The notes: generated by a model from the sequence alone, not told the origin. 64,000 nucleotides of DNA from Opitutia bacterium (GCA_947478395.1 CANJVR010000002.1:32001-96000), one strand, 5' to 3'; positions 51,865-61,159 are shown, counted from the stretch's first letter. Numbers and translations are program-made.

Positions 51865-53664
51865 TCATTTGCCCGCGGGGGCTTTTGCGGTCCAGGCGTC
51901 TTTGAGCGTGATCGTGCGGTTGAAGACGGGTTTCCCGGGGGAGCTGTCTTTCGCGTCGGGCGTGAAGTAGCCGAGGCGCTCGAATTGGAAACGTTCGCCG
52001 CGCTGCGCGGTCGCGAGCGACGACTCGAGTTTCGCGGTCACCATCTCGAGCGAGTGCGGGTTGATGAACTTTTTGAAATCTTCCTCGGCGCCGGGCTCGG
52101 CGACCGTAAAGAGTCGGTCGTAGAGGCGGACTTCGGCGTCGACGCACGTTGATGCGCTCACCCAGTGAATCGTGCCTTTGACCTTCTTGTCGACGTTGGC
52201 GCCGCCGGCGCGCGTCGTGAGGTCGGCGGTGCAACGGAGTTCGACGATCGCGCCCGCGGCGTCCTTCACGATTTCGTCGAGCTTGATGATGCAGGCGTAT
52301 TTCAGGCGGACTTCGCCGCCGGGCTTGAGGCGGAAATATTTCGGCGGCGGGACTTCGGCGAAGTCGTCGCTTTCGATGAAGACCTCACGCGTCAGCGCGA
52401 TCGGGCGCGTCGTCGGCGCTTCGTCCTGCGGATTATTCGTCGCGGCGCACTCCAGGATTTCGCCGGCGGGGATGTTCGTGAGGACGAGTTTGATCGGGCG
52501 CAGCACGGCGAGGCGGCGCTGGGAAACCGCGTTCAGTTCCTCGCGGACGGCGTGTTCGTAGACGGCGACGTCGGTGACGCTGTCGTATTTCGTGACGCCG
52601 ACGGCGGTGGCGAGGCGGCGGATGGCGCTCGCGGGAATGCCGCGGCGGCGCAGGCCGGAGAGCGTGGGCAGGCGCGGGTCGTCCCAGCCGTGGACGAGAT
52701 TTTCCTGCACGAGCTGCAGGAGACGGCGTTTGCTGAAGATCGTGTAGGTGAGATTCAGCTTCGCGAATTCGTACTGGTGCGGGAGCGGGCGCGGCAGATC
52801 GAGCGAGGTGAGAATCCAGTCGTAGAGCGGGCGGTGCACCTCGAACTCGAGCGTGCAGACGCTGTGCGTGATGCCTTCGAGATAATCGCTGAGGCAGTGC
52901 GCGTAGTCGTAGAGCGGGTAGATGCACCACGTGTCGCCGGTGTGATGATGCGACGCGTGACGGATGCGGTAGAGCAGGGGATCGCGCAGCCACATGTTGG
53001 GCGACGTCATGTCGATTTTCGCGCGGAGCGAACGGGCACCGTCGGGAAATTCGCCGGCGCGCATGCGCTGAAAGAGATCGAGATTCTCGGCGACGGTGCG
53101 GTCGCGGAACGGAGAGTTGCGGCCGGGCTTGTCGGGCGAGCCGCGGTATTCCTCGGTTTCTTTGGGTGAAAGATCGCAGACGTAGGCGCGGCCTTTTTTG
53201 ATCAGCGCGAGGGCGAACTCGTAGAGCGGCGCGAAATTATCGCTGGCGAAAAAGGGCTCGGTGTTCGCGGCGCCGACCGGAGCGGCGGCGAGGTGATAAT
53301 CGAGTTTGCCGTCGCGTTCGGATTTGGCGGGGGCGGCGCCCTTCGGTTTCAGGCCGAGACAGTGGTCGGCCCAGCCGTCGATCAGCCAGTGGACGTCGGC
53401 GGCGATGGCCTCGACGTACTCGATTTCCTCCTTGGTGGGATTGGTGTCGTCCATCCGGAGGTTGCACTGTCCGCCGTTTTCGCGGGCGAGTCCGAAGTTG
53501 AGGCAGATGGACTTGGCGTGACCGAGATGGAGGTAGCCGTTGGGCTCGGGCGGGAAGCGCGTGACGATCTTCGCGTAGCGCTGCGCGGCGACATCCTGGG
53601 CGACGATGTCGCGGATGAAATCGCTGGGCGCAGGCGGGACGGCGGAGGGATCGGCTTCGTTCAT
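51865..53664 (-). CDS. glnS: Glutamine--tRNA ligase
   Basis: TRFPPEPNGYLHLGHAK, DDTNP, THSVCTLEF, WDDPRLPT, KGTIHWVS, FQFERLGYF. Confidence 0.97.
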   Translation of the reverse strand: MNEADPSAVPPAPSDFIRDIVAQDVAAQRYAKIVTRFPPEPNGYLHLGHAKSICLNFGLARENGGQCNLRMDDTNPTKEEIEYVEAIAADVHWLIDGWADHCLGLKPKGAAPAKSERDGKLDYHLAAAPVGAANTEPFFASDNFAPLYEFALALIKKGRAYVCDLSPKETEEYRGSPDKPGRNSPFRDRTVAENLDLFQRMRAGEFPDGARSLRAKIDMTSPNMWLRDPLLYRIRHASHHHTGDTWCIYPLYDYAHCLSDYLEGITHSVCTLEFEVHRPLYDWILTSLDLPRPLPHQYEFAKLNLTYTIFSKRRLLQLVQENLVHGWDDPRLPTLSGLRRRGIPASAIRRLATAVGVTKYDSVTDVAVYEHAVREELNAVSQRRLAVLRPIKLVLTNIPAGEILECAATNNPQDEAPTTRPIALTREVFIESDDFAEVPPPKYFRLKPGGEVRLKYACIIKLDEIVKDAAGAIVELRCTADLTTRAGGANVDKKVKGTIHWVSASTCVDAEVRLYDRLFTVAEPGAEEDFKKFINPHSLEMVTAKLESSLATAQRGERFQFERLGYFTPDAKDSSPGKPVFNRTITLKDAWTAKAPAGK

Positions 53665-53734
53665 GAAAGCGAAAACGTGCGCAACCGAGCCGTGCGAATC
53701 AACGCCGCAGTTCTGAATAGGAAGGAAGGATGGC

Positions 53735-53776
53735 GGATGACGAATGACGGGGTGCGAATGACGAATGACGGAGGAC
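53735..53776. repeat. Tandem heptamer array, consensus GAATGAC, 6 units
   Basis: GGATGAC GAATGAC GGGGTGC GAATGAC GAATGAC GGAGGAC. Confidence 0.7.
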
Positions 53777-53809
53777 GGGGTGGTGCCGGTCGCCCTTGGC
53801 GCACATGGC

Positions 53810-53938
53810 TAGTGGGGTTTTGCCAAAAGTGTAGCGGCTAACGACGTAGCGGCAGGCGTCCCTGCCTGCCGAAATGAGGACGCCGAACCCGGCAGGCAGG
53901 GACGCCTGCCGCTACACCAAACGGCTTAGACCGCTCTA
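53810..53938 (+). mobile_element. Repeat family A copy 7
   Basis: Perfect arms at 53846-53871 and 53890-53915; right end TTAGACCGCTCTA; degenerate left end TAGTGGGGTTTTG. Confidence 0.85.
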
Positions 53939-53951
53939 AGGCTTGGGAATT

Positions 53952-54007
53952 TGGAGTGCGGCGTCGCGAGGTCGCTTTCGAGAGCGGCGACATGTCGCCG
54001 CACTCCA
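53952..54007. repeat. Palindromic REP-like element, family E (GGAG-type)
   Basis: TGGAGTGCGGCG...CGCCGCACTCCA 12-bp inverted repeat with an internal GCGGCGACATGTCGCCGC palindrome. Confidence 0.7.
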
Positions 54008-54030
54008 CGGCGGCGAGGGCGATCGGCAGT

Positions 54031-54495
54031 TCAATGCCAGCGCTGCAGCTCGATGATGTTGCCCTCGGGGTCGGTCATGTAGATCAGGGTCAGTTTGCCC
54101 GCGCCCGGAATATCCAGCGTCACGAGTTGGCCGATGTCACGTCCGCCCCAACGAAGTAGTTCCTCCCGTTTGGCCGCGACGTCCGGCACTTCGAAGGCGA
54201 GATGCGCGAATCCCGGCCGAACGAGCCGCGACGGCAGACTGGGATCGTTTTGGTTCGTTTGGAAAATCTCCAAGGTCGGGCCGCGTTCGCCGTGGCCGGG
54301 CAAACGCAGATGACGGCCTTGGAAAGATCCCCCGGGCAGTCCGGTCAGCGCTTCGAAAGTCGGACCCTTGTGGTCGCGTTCCGAGCTGATCGGTTCGCAG
54401 CCGAACACCTGGACGTAAAAATCCTGGAGTCGCTTCCAGTCGTTCGCGATGAGGTTGGTGTGCGCGTACCTGATTCCGGTGTTTGAAGCGGTCAT
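54031..54495 (-). CDS. VOC/glyoxalase family protein
   Basis: HTNL, FY..VFG, LEIF, HLAFEV, DPEGNIIEL. Confidence 0.9.
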   Translation of the reverse strand: MTASNTGIRYAHTNLIANDWKRLQDFYVQVFGCEPISSERDHKGPTFEALTGLPGGSFQGRHLRLPGHGERGPTLEIFQTNQNDPSLPSRLVRPGFAHLAFEVPDVAAKREELLRWGGRDIGQLVTLDIPGAGKLTLIYMTDPEGNIIELQRWH

Positions 54496-54585
54496 GAGGA
54501 AATTTTAGCGGTGCCTTTGCGGGCGGCTGGGTGGTGGTGGAAGGTCACGGCATCTTCCGGTTAATATCCGAGTGCGGCCGACGAT

Positions 54586-57213
54586 TTATTTTTTCACCGG
54601 GGCGAACATCGCGTGATTGCGATTACCGCCGGCGAGGATGAAGGCGACGAGGTCGCGGAGTTCGTCGTCGTTGAGCGTGTTGATCAATCCGGGCGGCATC
54701 AGCGACGTGGCGCTCGGTCCTTTCGATTTCAGGTCGGAGGCTTTTACGAGGGTGAGCGCGTTGGGAAACATCAGATTGGTCGTGACCAAAAGGTCGGTGC
54801 CTTCCTCGAGCGCGGGATAGCCGATGAGGGCGGAGCCGTCGCGCAACTCGTACCGCGTGGCGGCGAAGTTGTCGTTGATGCCTGCGGAGGGTTCGACGAT
54901 CGACTGCAGTAAATCGCGTTCGGTGTAGCGCGAGCCGGCTTGGGTGAGATTCGGGCCGGACGTGCCCAGGCCTACATCACCGAGCCGGTGACAAGCCACG
55001 CAGGCGGTGGCCGAAAACATCGCGCGGCCTTGCTCGTAGTTGCGGCCGGTGAGTTGGCCGCGCACGGCGGCGGTGGCCTCGTCGAGCGTGTAGTTTTTCC
55101 CCGGACCTTTCGGCGCCACGGGGCCGAGATTCAGCTGGGTGTTGGGCCGTTGGGAAAGTTGGGCGAAGCGTTCGCGTTCGGTGGCGTCGGGGACGTTCGT
55201 CAGCGCGAGCAGGCGAATATTATTAACGAAGCCGACAAAGCTTTGCCCGCCGGACCAAGCGTGGGCTGGCGAGAACCACGAGAAAAATTCTTCACGCAGT
55301 GCAGGGGTCCAGCCCGTGCGGGCGCAGCGCAGGACGTTCGCGTAGGCGAATTGCTGCCGGGCGGGACGCGTCGTGTTGGCGCTGGCGAGGAAGCGACCGT
55401 AGCGGGTGTTTCGGGAGAGGAATTCCTCGTCGATGATGTCCTGCGGCTCGGGCTGCTCCGGCACTTTTAAAAGCGGCACGGTTTTCGCCACGAGCGTCGG
55501 GGAGTCCAGGTACGCGAGCAACGCCGCCAAGTCGCGGCTGAGGAGTCGGTCGGGATGCGGATAGAATGGATCGAGTAACGCCACGACGCGCTGCTGCACC
55601 GCGGGAGAAGGAGCGCCCATGCGCGTGAACGTCAGCTGCCACAAACGAACGACGGCGTACTGCTGCTCGCGGGAAAGGTGCGCGAAGTCGAAGCGGGCCA
55701 GCGCGTCGATCAACTGCGGCTGCAGCGATTTTTCGCCGAGACGCGCGAGGGCAACGAGTGCTTCGAGGGACGCGGTCAGATTTTTTTCCTCGAGCGCGCG
55801 CTGCGACCACAGCGCGGCCGGCTGACGTTCGATCGCGACGCGTGCGGCCCAGCGGATGAAACGGTCGGAATGAGCAAGATAGGGCCAGGCTTCGTTGATC
55901 ACCGCTGAGCTCTCGCCCGCCGCCGTGTGCAGCGCTTCGAGTTTGCGCCGCAGCAGCGCCTCGGGAGTTGGCTTCGGGTAGGGCGCGGGCGCGGTGCTCT
56001 CGGCGCCGACGTAGGTCACCCTATAGAGGCCGGAATCGGTCGTCCGTCCGCCAACCGTAAAATACATGGTGCCGTCGGCGGGATTGATGAGCAGGTCGGT
56101 GATGGGCAACGGATGTCCGGACAGAAACTCCTCTTTTGTCGCGCGAAAGGTCGCTCCATCCGGAGTCAGGTGAACGGCGTACAACGTGCCGAAAGTCCAA
56201 TCCGCGACGAACAGCGCGTTTTGGTATTGGGCGGGAAACCGCGTGCCGGTTCCCATCAACACTCCCGTCGGCGAGCCGGGGCCGGTCTCAATCATTCCGG
56301 GGAGACTGTCGGGAAAATCAACGGGCCAGCGAATCGATCCCGAGCGCCAGCCGTAGTCGCCGCCACTGACGACGTGCAGCACGCGTGTCGGCAAATACCA
56401 GGGCGTGCCGATTTCGTTTTCCGTGTCGGAATCGTCGGTGAAGATTTCGCCGTTGGGATCGAATGCCATCCGGAAGCAGTTGCGAAAGCCCATCGCGAAA
56501 AGTTCGAACTGACGGCCCGCCAGATCGGTGCGCCCCAACGTGCCGGCGGGAGCAAATATCCCGCGTCCGCTGCCGACGGGGGGCCACATGCGCGGGAGGA
56601 TGTTGTCCTCCTGCCAGGCGATCGGAATCTGTTTTTCCATGGCCGCGGGCAGCTTGGTGTAGTTCCCGTTCATGTAGTAAATGGTCCGACGATCGGGTCC
56701 GAGGACGACCGCATGCGGGCCGTGTTCGCCCGTGGCGTCCATTTCGCGCAGGAGCTCGGCGTGGTCGAAGTGGTCGTCACCGTCGGTGCTCCACAGCCGG
56801 TGCAGTCCGGATTTTTTTTCGCCGAACGCGTTTACTTTATTCTCGTTCACCATCGCGTAGAGGCTGTCGTTCGCGAACAGCAAGCCGTGCGCGCCGGCGA
56901 CGCCGAGCGAGTCGAGCTTCTCGACCTTCTTTACCTGCGGCTCCGAGATTTCGGGCAACGTGACGCGATAGAGACCGCCGTATTGGTCCGACGTGATCAT
57001 CCGGCCCTTGCCGTCGAGCGTCATCGCCACCCACGAGCCCTGGCCCTTGGCCACGTTGTAGATGCGCTCCACTTTGAAACCGGGTTTGACGGTGACCTTG
57101 TCGGTCAGTGGCACATCGACGAGCTGGAGTTGTTGCGCTTCGATTGAAACGGCGAGCAGCAGCGGCAGGCACCGAAGTACGATGCGGGGAAAATGATTCG
57201 CGAGAAATGGCAT
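54586..57213 (-). CDS. PVC-type heme-binding protein: beta-propeller dehydrogenase-like domain, HEAT repeats, c-type cytochrome
   Basis: Signal peptide, GEHGPH, GFRN, GGDYGWR, GSPTG, helical repeats, CVACH heme motif, GPNLT, SLMPPGL. Confidence 0.85.
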   Translation of the reverse strand: MPFLANHFPRIVLRCLPLLLAVSIEAQQLQLVDVPLTDKVTVKPGFKVERIYNVAKGQGSWVAMTLDGKGRMITSDQYGGLYRVTLPEISEPQVKKVEKLDSLGVAGAHGLLFANDSLYAMVNENKVNAFGEKKSGLHRLWSTDGDDHFDHAELLREMDATGEHGPHAVVLGPDRRTIYYMNGNYTKLPAAMEKQIPIAWQEDNILPRMWPPVGSGRGIFAPAGTLGRTDLAGRQFELFAMGFRNCFRMAFDPNGEIFTDDSDTENEIGTPWYLPTRVLHVVSGGDYGWRSGSIRWPVDFPDSLPGMIETGPGSPTGVLMGTGTRFPAQYQNALFVADWTFGTLYAVHLTPDGATFRATKEEFLSGHPLPITDLLINPADGTMYFTVGGRTTDSGLYRVTYVGAESTAPAPYPKPTPEALLRRKLEALHTAAGESSAVINEAWPYLAHSDRFIRWAARVAIERQPAALWSQRALEEKNLTASLEALVALARLGEKSLQPQLIDALARFDFAHLSREQQYAVVRLWQLTFTRMGAPSPAVQQRVVALLDPFYPHPDRLLSRDLAALLAYLDSPTLVAKTVPLLKVPEQPEPQDIIDEEFLSRNTRYGRFLASANTTRPARQQFAYANVLRCARTGWTPALREEFFSWFSPAHAWSGGQSFVGFVNNIRLLALTNVPDATERERFAQLSQRPNTQLNLGPVAPKGPGKNYTLDEATAAVRGQLTGRNYEQGRAMFSATACVACHRLGDVGLGTSGPNLTQAGSRYTERDLLQSIVEPSAGINDNFAATRYELRDGSALIGYPALEEGTDLLVTTNLMFPNALTLVKASDLKSKGPSATSLMPPGLINTLNDDELRDLVAFILAGGNRNHAMFAPVKK

Positions 57214-57244
57214 GGCGGGAAATCCGTGGATCGGGCGAGGCGGG

Positions 57245-58024
57245 TCAGGGTTTCTTGGGCAGGGTCGCGGCCGGCAGAGCGGGCAGCTGTTTGGCTCCGG
57301 GCGGAATCAGCGCGGGGTTGAACGGAACGTCCGGCTTATCCGGAAGTTCTTTGAAGAGGATTTCCTTTACCTGGGCGGTCATCGCCGGACCGCGGTGAAT
57401 TTGAATCGCCAGCAGTCCCTCGGGCTGGCGCGCCTTGGTTTCGAAGTCCCAGACCTCGACGGTCACGTGGCCGTTGATTTTATGAATCACGTGGTTGCCC
57501 TCGGCGATGATCGTGAAGTCGTTGTACGCGGCAGAATCGACGGTGATTGGCTCGTGTTCGGCGACGAGCCAGCGCACGCCCTGCGGATCGATCACGACGG
57601 ATTGGCCGTTTTCCGCGAGGGTGGTCCGGCCGAGTTCCTCGTAGAGCTTGCCGTTGCTGCTCAGCCGCGAGTGGGCATCGCACTGGTAGCCGCCCATCGA
57701 CCAAGGACCGACGGCGGGGAGTTCTTTGCTGCGATATTGGATGCCGCTGTTGTTGCCGGTCTGCCGTAACTTTGCGTGCAGTTCGAAATTTTTCACGATG
57801 CCGCCGCGCCAAATGATGAACTGATTGTAAGGCAAACTTTCGGGACCCTGCGTCGCGCCGGTGATGGCGCCATCGCGCACGGACCACACCGCGGGATTGC
57901 CATCCCAGCCGACGAGATCCTGACCGTTAAACAAAGAGCGGAATCCGGGCTCGGCGGCGGAAACGAAAGAAGTGCAGGCGAAGCCGCCGGTGAGAAGCAA
58001 GAGACCGAGCAGGGCTTTTTTCAT
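57245..58024 (-). CDS. Secreted DUF1080 (3-keto-disaccharide hydrolase family) protein
   Basis: LFNGQDLVGW, NFEL, NSGIQYRS, GYQCD, G.LAIQIH; signal peptide; ATGA overlap with upstream gene. Confidence 0.88.
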   Translation of the reverse strand: MKKALLGLLLLTGGFACTSFVSAAEPGFRSLFNGQDLVGWDGNPAVWSVRDGAITGATQGPESLPYNQFIIWRGGIVKNFELHAKLRQTGNNSGIQYRSKELPAVGPWSMGGYQCDAHSRLSSNGKLYEELGRTTLAENGQSVVIDPQGVRWLVAEHEPITVDSAAYNDFTIIAEGNHVIHKINGHVTVEVWDFETKARQPEGLLAIQIHRGPAMTAQVKEILFKELPDKPDVPFNPALIPPGAKQLPALPAATLPKKP

Positions 58025-59478
58025 TGGGGAAATTTGGGTGGGGGAGTTAAAGGCCCGGGCGGAAATTTTCCATAGTGGCCGGCGGGGGCGGGGAGTTGGC
58101 GGGAGATTTCGTCGAGGCGATAGCCGAAGCCCGGGCCGCGGATGCTGGAAAGATCGAGTTGTCCGTGGCGACGCCGGTAAAGTCCCGGGTGAACGGCGGC
58201 CTCGGGGGTCGAGGCATCGGGGTAAAACTGCATGGCGTTGCTCTCGACGCCCATGATGGTGCCGACCTGAGCGGCGAGTTGGACATGCGGAATCATCGCG
58301 AGCATTGGGTTGGTGAGATCTTGCACCATGAGGGTCATGCCGTGGGCCTTTGCCCAGCACGCGCCGAGAATCGCGCCGGTCTGCGTCTTGCAGGTCTTGA
58401 GCGCGACGCCGGTCCAGCCCAAGTCACGGCCGAGGGCGATTTGGCGCCAGTCGTGCGCGCTCTCGTCCATGAAGAGGGGTTTTCGCGCGGACACGCTGTG
58501 CACATCGATGCGATGCGTTTCCAATTCGTAGGGGAAGGGCTGTTCGACATACAGGATCGAGCCATAGAGGCGCGGATCGCGGTCGCGGAGGTCGTCGAGA
58601 ATGGCGTTAACGTACTCCGGATCGGTGACGGTGCAGTTGAAGTCGACCGTGAGCCAGGGCAACTCGAACTCCTGCGCCACGCGGCTAACCTTTAAGATGC
58701 GCTCAAGATCCCAGGTCGCGTCGTTGCCGCGGAGTTTGATCTTGAGGCAACGCAGACCGTCTTGAGCGATCCAGTCTCGCAGCAGGACAGGATGGCCGTC
58801 GTTCACGGTCACGTTCGCACTCGGATCGCGGCCCGGCTCCAGCGGGTCGAGCCCGCCGACGAGATGCCAGACTGGAAGCTCGCGCGGCGCGGATTTGACG
58901 AAGAAATCGCGCGGATATTTTCCCTCGAACCGGACCGCAGAATTTTTGGCGGGTGTCAGGTATCGCGCGAGGTCGAAGTTCATGAACTCCGGCGTGTAGG
59001 TGTCGTAAATCGGAAGGCCGGCGAGCTGACCGAAAGCGTCATGGAGCGCCAAATCAAAGGCCGAGCAGCACACCAAAGCGGCGAGCCACGGCATCGGTTC
59101 CTGCCGTCGGGCCGGCGTCTGATTCAACTGATCGAGCAAGCCGGGGAGAACGTTTTCCTGAAACGCGTAGCCGACCTCCATGGGGTGACCAAATTCGCCA
59201 AAGTCGGCCCACGCCTCGGCCAACACGCCGCAGAACGCTTTCAGCTGCGTCTCGCGATCCGCGAATGACAGATCGCTGGGCCACACCCAGCTGGCGGAGA
59301 GCGGCGTCTCGCCCCAGCCTTGGGTGCGTCGGCCGTTTCGATCCTCGACCGCTACGCAGACGCGCACGCACGTGACCCGAGTGAGCACTTCGTGGCCAAA
59401 CTTCAGTGGCACCCGGGTTGTAACCGGCAAATAATATACGCTGACGCCGCAAGGGCGGATATCGGTAATGCGGGGCAT
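58021..59478 (-). CDS. Enolase-superfamily (mandelate racemase/muconate lactonising-like) protein
   Basis: GWGE, DLALHD, KIKL (KxK), VDFN, VEQP, MDES, LKTCK, GPGFG. Confidence 0.85.
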   Translation of the reverse strand: MPRITDIRPCGVSVYYLPVTTRVPLKFGHEVLTRVTCVRVCVAVEDRNGRRTQGWGETPLSASWVWPSDLSFADRETQLKAFCGVLAEAWADFGEFGHPMEVGYAFQENVLPGLLDQLNQTPARRQEPMPWLAALVCCSAFDLALHDAFGQLAGLPIYDTYTPEFMNFDLARYLTPAKNSAVRFEGKYPRDFFVKSAPRELPVWHLVGGLDPLEPGRDPSANVTVNDGHPVLLRDWIAQDGLRCLKIKLRGNDATWDLERILKVSRVAQEFELPWLTVDFNCTVTDPEYVNAILDDLRDRDPRLYGSILYVEQPFPYELETHRIDVHSVSARKPLFMDESAHDWRQIALGRDLGWTGVALKTCKTQTGAILGACWAKAHGMTLMVQDLTNPMLAMIPHVQLAAQVGTIMGVESNAMQFYPDASTPEAAVHPGLYRRRHGQLDLSSIRGPGFGYRLDEISRQLPAPAGHYGKFPPGPLTPPPKFPQ

Positions 59479-59617
59479 GGGAGGGACGCAGTGAACTCCC
59501 GGATCGGACGAGTTCAGGGCGAGCAGCAGAACGTTAGAACCTCGAGCTCAGCAATCGTCATTTTGGAGTCAGGCGCGTCCCCCAGTAAAAGCGTTCGCCG
59601 TGGGTGAGAGCCGGAAA

Positions 59618-59776
59618 TCGGATTAAGCGCGAAGACGCAAAGGCCGCGAAGGAAACGCGAAGGGCGGAGGGTTTCGCTAAAGCCCGAACGAGGAGTTTCC
59701 TTGGCGAATCTTGGCGAGAGTTAGCGTCTTTGCGCTTAGTCCGTCTGCCTCGGAGTCTTCGTTGCCCTTAATCCGA
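59618..59776. repeat. Repeat family B, 'empty' copy next to the tRNA 3' end
   Basis: TCGGATTAAGCGCGAAGACGCAAAG...GCGTCTTTGCGCTTAGTCCG (ends 59743), plus a second end CTTAATCCGA at 59767-59776. Confidence 0.75.
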
Positions 59777-59781
59777 AAAAC

Positions 59782-59856
59782 TGGTGCGAGCGCTGGGAAT
59801 CGAACCCAGATCTATGGCTTCGGAGGCCACTACACTATCCATTGTGCTACGCTCGC
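59782..59856 (-). tRNA. tRNA-Arg (CCG)
   Basis: Minus strand GCGAGCGTAGCACAATGGATAGTGTAGTGGC-CT-CCG-AA-GCCATAGATCTGGGTTCGATTCCCAGCGCTCGCACCA. Confidence 0.96.
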
Positions 59857-59964
59857 GGGGCAGACTTAAACTGCCATGAAGTGAGTCCCGTTTCCAAGCG
59901 TCAAGCCCGCGCGCTGTAATGGACGAGGGAAGCGACGCGTTCGTGGAGGCGGAGGGCGCGCCAG

Positions 59965-60588
59965 TTATTTTTTTTGCTGGGTGAAGCGATGAACGAGAAA
60001 ATAATAAAGCAGGCCGAGCACGGCGAGTCCGGCAATAAGCCAGATGCCGACCTGGCGCAGTTCGCCCTTCATCAGCGCTTCGTTTTCCCCGGCTTTCTGG
60101 CCGACCCAGGCCAGGACCGCGCACCACAAGGCGGAGCCGAGCACGGTGTAGATGGAAAACTTGATGTAGTTAAGTTTCACGATGCCGGCGGGAATGCCGA
60201 TGAGGTGGCGGACCACGGGCAGTAACCGGGAAGCGAACACGCCGAAGCTGCCGAATTGCGCGGCCCAATTTTCGGCCTGAATGACTTTCTTTTCCGTGAT
60301 GAAGACGATTTTTCCGTAGCGGAGCACGAGGGGGCGGCCGGCCCAGCGCGAAGCCCAGTACATGAGCGTGGCGCCGAACCAAGAACCGAGGGCGCCCGCG
60401 ACCACGATGCCGGTGGCCGTCATGGTGCCCGTGCGTTGGGCGACAATCATGGCCGGCGGAATGATGGCCTCACTGGGGAGCGGGAAAATAGTGCTCTCCA
60501 TCGCCATCAGGAGCGCGACGCCGAGATAGCCATGGATTTCAATGAAATGGCCGTACCAGTCGAAGAGCGGTTTGAAGAGGTCGTGCAT
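59965..60588 (-). CDS. DedA family membrane protein
   Basis: MAMESTIFPLPSE, GALGS..G, SRLLPVVRHLIGIPAG. Confidence 0.92.
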   Translation of the reverse strand: MHDLFKPLFDWYGHFIEIHGYLGVALLMAMESTIFPLPSEAIIPPAMIVAQRTGTMTATGIVVAGALGSWFGATLMYWASRWAGRPLVLRYGKIVFITEKKVIQAENWAAQFGSFGVFASRLLPVVRHLIGIPAGIVKLNYIKFSIYTVLGSALWCAVLAWVGQKAGENEALMKGELRQVGIWLIAGLAVLGLLYYFLVHRFTQQKK

Positions 60589-60603
60589 GGGAAATATGGA
60601 AAC

Positions 60604-60632
60604 AAAAAAAGCAGGCAGTGGAAACTGCCTGC
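60604..60632 (-). terminator. Rho-independent terminator after the small basic protein gene
   Basis: Minus strand GCAGGCAG-TTTCCA-CTGCCTGC-TTTTTTT. Confidence 0.8.
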
Positions 60633-60653
60633 CGGAAAGGGTGACGCGAGGAC

Positions 60654-60809
60654 TTAGACCTCGGGCTTGGTCTTGCGCAGACCGGCGACGCGATCGCCGG
60701 GTTTCCATTGGCCGCGCTTTTTGAGCAGATCGACCCGCTCGAAGCGCTTCAGAACGTTGCGTTTGACGACGAGACCGGAGGCGCCTTGCAGGCTTTTATG
60801 CTGTGACAT
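60654..60809 (-). CDS. PVC-superphylum small basic (RNA-binding) signature protein, 51 aa
   Basis: MSQHKSLQGASGLVVKRNVLKRFERVDLLKKRGQWKPGDRVAGLRKTKPEV resembles the Chlamydiae/Verrucomicrobia/Planctomycetes small basic protein family. Confidence 0.85.
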   Translation of the reverse strand: MSQHKSLQGASGLVVKRNVLKRFERVDLLKKRGQWKPGDRVAGLRKTKPEV

Positions 60810-60838
60810 GGTGGTTGGAAAGTGAAGGTTGCGACGAG

Positions 60839-61159
60839 TTAAAGGGGTGGAGAGTGGACGTCCTTCCGCGCCCATGACAAGTATTTTTCTGAAACGCGCT
60901 CGGCTTGGACGACGATCCATTCCGGCGTTTCGTACGGATGATGGGCGAGAACGTAGCGCTCGAGCGCGGGCAACTGCTCGGGCAGGCATTTAAAGGTGAG
61001 CCGGAACTCCTCGGCGCGATCGATTTTGCCCTCCCAGCGAAAGTGCGACACGACAGGACCTTCGGTTTGCACGCAGGTGGCCAGACGTTGTTCGATGACG
61101 GATTGGGCCAGCCGCTCTCCGGCCTCGCGGGTAGAAAGAGTGGTCCACGCGATCAACAT
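60839..61159 (-). CDS. cutA: Divalent-cation tolerance protein CutA
   Basis: LATCVQ, SHFRWEGKI, HHPYETPE. Confidence 0.92.
   Translation of the reverse strand: MLIAWTTLSTREAGERLAQSVIEQRLATCVQTEGPVVSHFRWEGKIDRAEEFRLTFKCLPEQLPALERYVLAHHPYETPEWIVVQAERVSEKYLSWARKDVHSPPL

Noticed and set aside
44888..54007. Repeat-separated genes as an integron cassette array
   Set aside because: No RYYYAAC/GTTRRRY attC ends, genes lie in mixed orientation and include essential gltX and glnS, and no intI is present.
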